A DNA stretch of 63,934 nt, counting the filler. It is 4 parts of 4 records of this genome, joined end to end, with 100 filler letters (N's around TTAATTAATTAA, not from the genome) between each part and the next. Parts side by side here need not be neighbours in the genome. Positions count along the whole stretch, not along the records: positions 49,125 to 63,934 come from SRR20825006_450; 3 more parts are not named here. One strand, given 5' to 3'. This document shows, piece after piece, positions 58,190 through 63,934 of this stretch. Position numbers and translations under genes: made by a program. A model generated the notes under the pieces. The model had not been told where the DNA came from. It saw only the letters and a list, made by a program, of their open reading frames with translations, and made no database searches. How positions within the stretch are numbered: position 1 is the stretch's first letter; the number at the start of each line of letters is the position of its first letter.

Positions 58190-61100
58190 TTTTTTCTTTA
58201 ATCTTTTTCGACGTAATGTAAATGTAGAGCCCTGGAATAACGAACAGCGTTAGAATAAGCGAAAATGCCAATCCACCGACGATTGAAATTCCCATTGGAA
58301 TTCGACTAGTAGAAGCATCTCCTAACGCCAATGCAATCGGAAGTGCTCCAAGAATCGTTGCGAGCGAAGTCATCAAAATAGGTCTGAAACGTTGAGAAGC
58401 TGCATCAATAATTGCTTCTTTCACACTTAATCCCTGTTGTTTCCGCTGATTGGCAAACTCTACGATCAAAATTCCATTTTTGGTAACCAATCCTACTAAG
58501 ACAATTATCCCGATCTCCGAGAAAATATTAAGCGTTTGGTCGAACATCCAAAGAGAAAGAACCGCTCCCGCCAATGCAAGAGGAACCGTAAACATGATGA
58601 TCAAGGGATCAGCGAAGCTTTCAAATTGAGCAGCGAGGACGAGATACACCAATATCAATGCGAGTAGGAAGGCGAAAACCAAACTACTTCCACTTTCAGA
58701 AAACTCTTTTGAAGTTCCCGAAAGCGAGGTTGAAAACCCTTCTGGTAACACTTCCTTTGCTATTTCGTTCATTGCATCGATTCCATTCCCGATGGTCATT
58801 CCGTCCGCAGGATCCGCAGAAACAGTAGCAGAAACGTAGCGATTGTATCGGTACAACTGGGGCGGACTTGATTCTTCCACTACATCTACCACGTTATCAA
58901 TAGGAATTAACATTCCATCTTTATTTCTCACGTGAATTTCTTTCAGATCGGCTGGTTCATCGCGTTTTTCTTTGGCTGCCTGACCGATCACATCGTATTG
59001 CTTTCCATCTTTAATGAAATAACCAAATCGCTGTCCAGAGAAATAAAGCTGCATGGTCTCCGCCACGTCGATTACATTCACGCCCATTAAACTCGCTTTC
59101 TCGCGGTTAATAACGACTTGTAATTCCGGTTTATTGAACTTCAAATCAACGTCCACTACTTTGAACGTGGGGTTTTCTGAAGCTTTCTGCATGAATTGAG
59201 GAAGAATTTCCTTCATCTTTTCCAAGTTAGGCGCTTGGAGCACAAACTGAACAGGAAGTCCAGCGCCGCGTCCTCCACCTATAGTTTGTTCTTGGACAAT
59301 AAATGAACGTGCAAAATTGTTTTCTGCGAGTTTTGGCATCAAGGCATCAACGACCTCTTGTTGGGAACGAGTTCGTTCACTTTTCGGCTTCAGCGTTACT
59401 CGCACAAATCCAGTGTTTACAGAAATGGATGAACCAAAACCCGGAGAAGTCACCGAAAGCAACGATTCCGTTTCAGGTAATGTATCAGTTAAATTGATGA
59501 TCTGCTGCTGATACTCGTCCATTCTGTCGTAGGAAGTTCCTTCGGGTGCGCTAGACACAATTCTTATTCTTCCTTTGTCTTCCAAAGGAGCAAGTTCGGA
59601 TTGCAAAGTGCTTCCGAGTCCAAAAATGAGGTAAATGGAAACTCCCATTAATAGGAAAGACAACCACGCTCGACGCATGAAGCGCGTGAGCAGTTTACGG
59701 TAACCAGAGATCAGTCCAACAAAGAATTTTTCTGTTGCGCGGTAAAGGAAATTATGCTTTTCTGATTTCTTGAGGAGTTTGGAACTCATCATTGGTGTGA
59801 GCGTGAGGGAAATGAAGGCGGAAATGACCACCGAACCTGCAACTACCACTCCAAATTCTCTGAATAATCGACCTGTTAATCCTTCGAGGAAAATTACAGG
59901 AAGAAATACCGCTGTAAGCGTAATGGTCGTTGAAATAACGGCGAAGATAATTTCCTTTGAACCACGGTGCGCGGCTTCCTTCGGATTCATTCCATCTTCC
60001 ACTTTTGTATAAATGTTCTCCATTACAACAATGGCATCATCGACCACTAATCCGGTTGCTAAAACGATCGCCAAGAGGGTTAGGATATTGATTGAAAATC
60101 CTGAGATGTACATGACGAAAAAGGAGGCGATCAATGAAATTGGAATGGCAATGATTGGAATGAGTGTTGTACGCCAATCGCGCAAGAAAAGAAATATGAT
60201 GAGGACCACGAGTCCAAAAGCAATTAACACGGTTTCTTCTACTTCAGAAATAGCCTTTCGGATGTTGATTGTTGAATCGAGTGCGACACCCAATTCGATG
60301 TCATCTGGAAGGTCTTTTTTGATTTCTTCTACTTTCTTGTAAATCTCGTCAACGATCTCTATGTAATTGGAGCCAGGTTGTGGATTTACAGCGATTCCTA
60401 TCATTGGAATTCCGTGGTTTCCACGAAGTAAGGTACGCTCGTTTTGGGGAGCAAGTGTTGCCTCTCCAACGTCTTTTAACTTTATAATTTGGTCTCCAAC
60501 GTTGGCGATTATCAAATTGTTGAAGTCTGCTTCCTCTGTTAATCGACCGAATGTTCTGATGGTTAATTCAACATTGTCTCCTTCAATTCTTCCTGAGGGA
60601 AGTTCGACGTTTTGTGCGGTTAAGGCATTTCTAACGTCTCTTGCTGTTAAACCGTATCCCGCTAGTTTTTGAGGATTGAGATTCAACTTCATGGAGTACA
60701 ATTTCTCTCCCCAGATTCTGATTTCACTGATTCCTTTAATTGTTTGCAGTCGTTCTTTAAAGACGTTCGTTCCTAAATCTGTTAATTGAAGCAGGGTTCG
60801 TTTATCGCTTTGAACGGTGAGTGAAAAAATGGTTTCGGCATCCGCGTCAGATTTTGCAACAATCGGTGGGTCGGCATTTTCTGGCAATTTCCGAACGGCA
60901 CCAGAAACTTTATCACGAACGTCATTAGCGGCTGCGTCCAAATCGAGTGAAAGGTCGAATTCGACAGTAATTGTACTTCTTCCGTCGGAGCTTACAGAAC
61001 TCATAGTTCGAATTCCTGCAACACCGTTAATGGATTCTTCCAGCGGCTCTGTAATTTGCGATTCAATTACATCGGCGTTGGCACCAGTATAATTTGTGGT

Positions 61101-61241
61101 GACTGTAATAATTGGAGGATCAACTGAAGGAAACTCTCGAACTCCCAAATAATTGAATCCAATCACTCCAAAAATCACAACAATGATCGAAAGAACTGTT
61201 GCGAGGACAGGGCGATTGATGGATAGTGATGCTATATTCAT
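58176..61241 (-). CDS. RND efflux permease (AcrB/AcrD/AcrF family)
   Basis: GLVVDDAIVVMENI, KNGILIVEFANQ and RFRPILMTS. Confidence 0.96.
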   Translation of the reverse strand: MNIASLSINRPVLATVLSIIVVIFGVIGFNYLGVREFPSVDPPIITVTTNYTGANADVIESQITEPLEESINGVAGIRTMSSVSSDGRSTITVEFDLSLDLDAAANDVRDKVSGAVRKLPENADPPIVAKSDADAETIFSLTVQSDKRTLLQLTDLGTNVFKERLQTIKGISEIRIWGEKLYSMKLNLNPQKLAGYGLTARDVRNALTAQNVELPSGRIEGDNVELTIRTFGRLTEEADFNNLIIANVGDQIIKLKDVGEATLAPQNERTLLRGNHGIPMIGIAVNPQPGSNYIEIVDEIYKKVEEIKKDLPDDIELGVALDSTINIRKAISEVEETVLIAFGLVVLIIFLFLRDWRTTLIPIIAIPISLIASFFVMYISGFSINILTLLAIVLATGLVVDDAIVVMENIYTKVEDGMNPKEAAHRGSKEIIFAVISTTITLTAVFLPVIFLEGLTGRLFREFGVVVAGSVVISAFISLTLTPMMSSKLLKKSEKHNFLYRATEKFFVGLISGYRKLLTRFMRRAWLSFLLMGVSIYLIFGLGSTLQSELAPLEDKGRIRIVSSAPEGTSYDRMDEYQQQIINLTDTLPETESLLSVTSPGFGSSISVNTGFVRVTLKPKSERTRSQQEVVDALMPKLAENNFARSFIVQEQTIGGGRGAGLPVQFVLQAPNLEKMKEILPQFMQKASENPTFKVVDVDLKFNKPELQVVINREKASLMGVNVIDVAETMQLYFSGQRFGYFIKDGKQYDVIGQAAKEKRDEPADLKEIHVRNKDGMLIPIDNVVDVVEESSPPQLYRYNRYVSATVSADPADGMTIGNGIDAMNEIAKEVLPEGFSTSLSGTSKEFSESGSSLVFAFLLALILVYLVLAAQFESFADPLIIMFTVPLALAGAVLSLWMFDQTLNIFSEIGIIVLVGLVTKNGILIVEFANQRKQQGLSVKEAIIDAASQRFRPILMTSLATILGALPIALALGDASTSRIPMGISIVGGLAFSLILTLFVIPGLYIYITSKKIKEKNVTY

Positions 61242-62260
61242 TTAGTAACGCTTTTAATGTTAACAGGCATTCCAGCTCTAACAGCAAGCAATCCAGAAAT
61301 TAGTAATTGATCTCCTGTTTTGATTTCACCTTTGATCTCCACTTTATCTGCCGTACGAATTCCCGTTTGAACTTTCACCTCGGCTACTTTTCCTTCTCTA
61401 ATAACATAAATTTTCTGTCCCTTGAGAATAGGAATAATGCTTTCGGCTGGAACCATAAATACATTGAGCTCATCACCTAGATTGACACGCACTTGCACGA
61501 ATGAACCTGGGAATAGCTGCTGTGTATTTTGCATGAGTGCCCGCGTTTTCAACATTCTCGTTCCTTCATCAATGGAAGGTTCAAAAGCGTACACTGCCGC
61601 GTGATAAATAGTCGAATCTTTTTCTCTATTAAAGGTGATATCCTGTCCAACTTTGAGAAGAGGGGCGTACATTTCAGGAATGGAGAACTCAATTTTAACT
61701 GGATTTGTTTGAATGAGCTTTGCAATGGGAGTTGTAGCAGAAATTACAGCTCCTTCACTTATTTGTCGCAGTCCGATTGTACCAGAGAATGGAGCCCGAA
61801 CGGTTGCTTTAGAAATTTGGGTGTCAATGAGTCCGATTTGTGCCTGGATAGAAGCTAATGCAGACGCGGATTTTTCAAATTCTTCGGTAGAAATAGCCTT
61901 CACATTCAGCAATTCCTTTTTTCGCTTTTCGTCTTTTTCTGCGAGCGCCAAATCTACTGCCAACTGTCTCCGCTGTGCTTTAAGAATATCGGTATCCACA
62001 GTTAAAAGCGTTTGTCCCTTCGTTACTTTTTGTCCTTCGGTGAACATAATTTTATCGACACGTCCACTTACTTCACTGAAGAGCATTATTTCTTCGGAAG
62101 GAATAACAGACCCTGGCACGTCAATAATTCTGGTGATCTTTTGAGGAGTTAACTCAAAAACATCCACTTTTGGAGTTGGTCTTGCACCCGTCTGTGCGTC
62201 CTCTTTATTTTCGGAACAGCCAACTAAACCGAGAATGGCGAGTAAAATAACTTTTTTCAT
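61238..62260 (-). CDS. RND periplasmic adaptor (MFP) lipoprotein
   Basis: Lipobox VGC, SEVSGRV, VRAPFSG and LFPGSF. Confidence 0.94.
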   Translation of the reverse strand: MKKVILLAILGLVGCSENKEDAQTGARPTPKVDVFELTPQKITRIIDVPGSVIPSEEIMLFSEVSGRVDKIMFTEGQKVTKGQTLLTVDTDILKAQRRQLAVDLALAEKDEKRKKELLNVKAISTEEFEKSASALASIQAQIGLIDTQISKATVRAPFSGTIGLRQISEGAVISATTPIAKLIQTNPVKIEFSIPEMYAPLLKVGQDITFNREKDSTIYHAAVYAFEPSIDEGTRMLKTRALMQNTQQLFPGSFVQVRVNLGDELNVFMVPAESIIPILKGQKIYVIREGKVAEVKVQTGIRTADKVEIKGEIKTGDQLLISGLLAVRAGMPVNIKSVTK

Positions 62261-62264
62261 ATTC

Positions 62265-62711
62265 TTAAAATTCTTGTTGTGGTTGAACGGGATACTCCAT
62301 TACAGAGTCCGTCATGAGTAATAGACTATCGATAAACTGGAGTCGTTGGTCTTCTGGAAGAAAAGCTAAAAAAACATCGTTGACTTCAGTAATGCATTGA
62401 CGCGTATATTCAGCCCATTTTTCACCTTCTTCCGTCACTTTCAGCAAATAACCTCTGCGATCTGTTGGGTTTACCTCACGGAGAATCATTCCATTTTCAC
62501 TCAAAGTATCAATGACTCGCACCATCGTTGCTTTGTCGATTAGTAGTATTTCACCAAGTTGACACTGATTTATTTCTCCGTGATTTCTTGCGATTACATG
62601 AAAGGGAACAAAATATTTTTCAATTGGTGTCCCTTCCATTTTGACTGAAAGCGCACCTGTGTACCTTTTGAAGAGCACTGAAAAACATTTTCCTAGGGAT
62701 AAAAATTCCAT
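62265..62711 (-). CDS. MarR family transcriptional regulator
   Basis: IDKATMVRVIDTL and DRR..L.VTEEG. Confidence 0.92.
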   Translation of the reverse strand: MEFLSLGKCFSVLFKRYTGALSVKMEGTPIEKYFVPFHVIARNHGEINQCQLGEILLIDKATMVRVIDTLSENGMILREVNPTDRRGYLLKVTEEGEKWAEYTRQCITEVNDVFLAFLPEDQRLQFIDSLLLMTDSVMEYPVQPQQEF

Positions 62712-62722
62712 TCTGTTGAATA

Positions 62723-62739
62723 TTAGTTCGCAAAACTAA
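62723..62739. promoter_or_regulatory. Candidate MarR operator
   Basis: TTAGTT-CGCAA-AACTAA palindrome about 11 nt upstream of the marR ATG. Confidence 0.5.
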
Positions 62740-62817
62740 CTATTTATCTTACCAATAAAATACATGGTAGATAATTATAGATTTTTTAACATTTCGAGAA
62801 ATAAGATATACTAAAGT

Positions 62818-63207
62818 TTAATCGAGGGGTTGAATTTCATTTCTCATGAGATACACTTCAACGATGATTCGAGAAACCAATTCGAGTGTAATCTCACTTG
62901 GGTGAATGAGAAGGTTATAGCTTACGGCTCTTTCTGGGTTGAGCTGTTTTTCGATGATTTTCATTTCCAAAAGTACTTTTCTGCAGAGAATTTTCCCCCC
63001 GTATCCATATTTGAACGAATTGTGCGTAATATCTCCTTTGATTAAGGAAATCCTGAGTAACATTTTATATGTCTTGTTGAAGTACTTTTTCAGCTGTTTA
63101 ACACGGACTTTTGTGAGATCATCACCGTGCAAAATGGTTCCTGTGTAGGTCGCAATTTCATTTAGTTCAGCTAAGAATGCTTTCCTTTCCTCGGGTGTTT
63201 GTTCCAT
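62818..63207 (-). CDS. Hypothetical protein
   Basis: 129-aa ORF with AGAGGA upstream and no recognisable motif. Confidence 0.6.
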   Translation of the reverse strand: MEQTPEERKAFLAELNEIATYTGTILHGDDLTKVRVKQLKKYFNKTYKMLLRISLIKGDITHNSFKYGYGGKILCRKVLLEMKIIEKQLNPERAVSYNLLIHPSEITLELVSRIIVEVYLMRNEIQPLD

Positions 63208-63440
63208 TTTAATCCTCTTTAAACTGTTTCGATCAGAACATTTTAAAAAATGGGTAAACGAGATTCATACTGTTATTCTCGATCTACCAATTCTGTGTAA
63301 AGAAAAGAAAATGTATCAGAAACAATTCGATTCATTCATAATTAATCAAGAAAACAATGAATCGATCCAGATCGTGAAATACAAAGAAAGCCGCTAATTG
63401 CTTAACGGCTTTCTTTTATTATTATTTGACTTCTATCGTT

Positions 63441-63934
63441 CTACTGAACGATAACTTTTGTACTGTAATTGTATTCGCCTTTTGAGATTGTAATGAAATA
63501 TACCCCTGGTTCATCTAGTAATTCAATTGATACATTTTGCTCATTCACTTCTTCTTGAAGATAAACCAACTTGCCGTCAACTGTGTAAATAGATATTGCA
63601 GGATGCTCTATATCTCCTAAGCTAATTGTGAATTGACCACTGTTTGGGTTTGGATAGATTTTAATGTCTTCAAAAACCGTTTCTTCTAAACTAACAGTTA
63701 CAATAGAAACACATAAGGATGTGCTTGTACAACCATTTTCCGTCACTTTTACGGCGTAAGAACCATTTTGAGTTGCTGTGAAGGTTGAACTTGTTGCACC
63801 AACGATGTCGCTGTTATTTGAACAATCGATCCATTGGTAAGTTGCATTTACTGCATTGGCGGTAATACTTGGGTCATTTGTAGTAACAGTAACATCAGGA
63901 GTGTTGATTGTTAAATCAAGTGTTACGATAGAAT
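63441..63934 (-). CDS. T9SS type-A CTD protein, C-terminal part (5' end outside window)
   Basis: YQWIDC..., IKIYPNPNSGQF, PGVYFI and TKVIVQ. Confidence 0.88.
   Translation of the reverse strand, partial: SIVTLDLTINTPDVTVTTNDPSITANAVNATYQWIDCSNNSDIVGATSSTFTATQNGSYAVKVTENGCTSTSLCVSIVTVSLEETVFEDIKIYPNPNSGQFTISLGDIEHPAISIYTVDGKLVYLQEEVNEQNVSIELLDEPGVYFITISKGEYNYSTKVIVQ

Overview
This window is not one locus. It is four unrelated contigs joined by artificial 100-nt spacers (N44-TTAATTAATTAA-N44 at 9169-9268, 25749-25848 and 49025-49124). Lineage calls are inferred from gene content and composition. (1) 1-9168 is a gammaproteobacterial housekeeping region: metH, nfuA, a thioesterase, ychJ, an EEP-family protein, a class I DAHP synthase and rlmD. 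(2) 9269-25748 is an AT-rich Flavobacteriaceae-like region: tRNA-Asn 3' end, GntP permease and glycerate kinase, an XRE operon, plsC, an HD protein, an aryl-sulfotransferase-like lipoprotein, a PiT phosphate transporter, an SRPBCC gene and susD/susC. (3) 25849-49024 is a GC-rich alphaproteobacterial (Hyphomonadaceae-like) region: a radical SAM gene with a LexA box, BLUF, a TIGR04282/04283-like pair, UDG, ETF-QO, PBP1A, frameshifted prfB, phoH, PilZ, a GMC oxidoreductase, a TonB-dependent receptor, rhomboid, CBS and the start of a 16S rRNA gene. (4) 49125-63934 is another Bacteroidota region with a 1921-aa SprB-repeat T9SS adhesin and a MarR-RND efflux operon. The most striking unexplained structure lies upstream of the 16S gene. 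It is a tandem array of three full ~255-bp degenerate units plus a partial fourth. Each unit starts with its own sigma70 rRNA-type promoter and can fold into the same series of stems, with apparent compensatory base changes between copies. Other notable signals are a solitary gene-cassette-like SRPBCC gene bounded by 14-bp inverted cores, 11-bp-periodic Pho-box-like repeats linking pit, a small secreted protein and a susCD pair, and a terminator-ended structured leader upstream of phoH.
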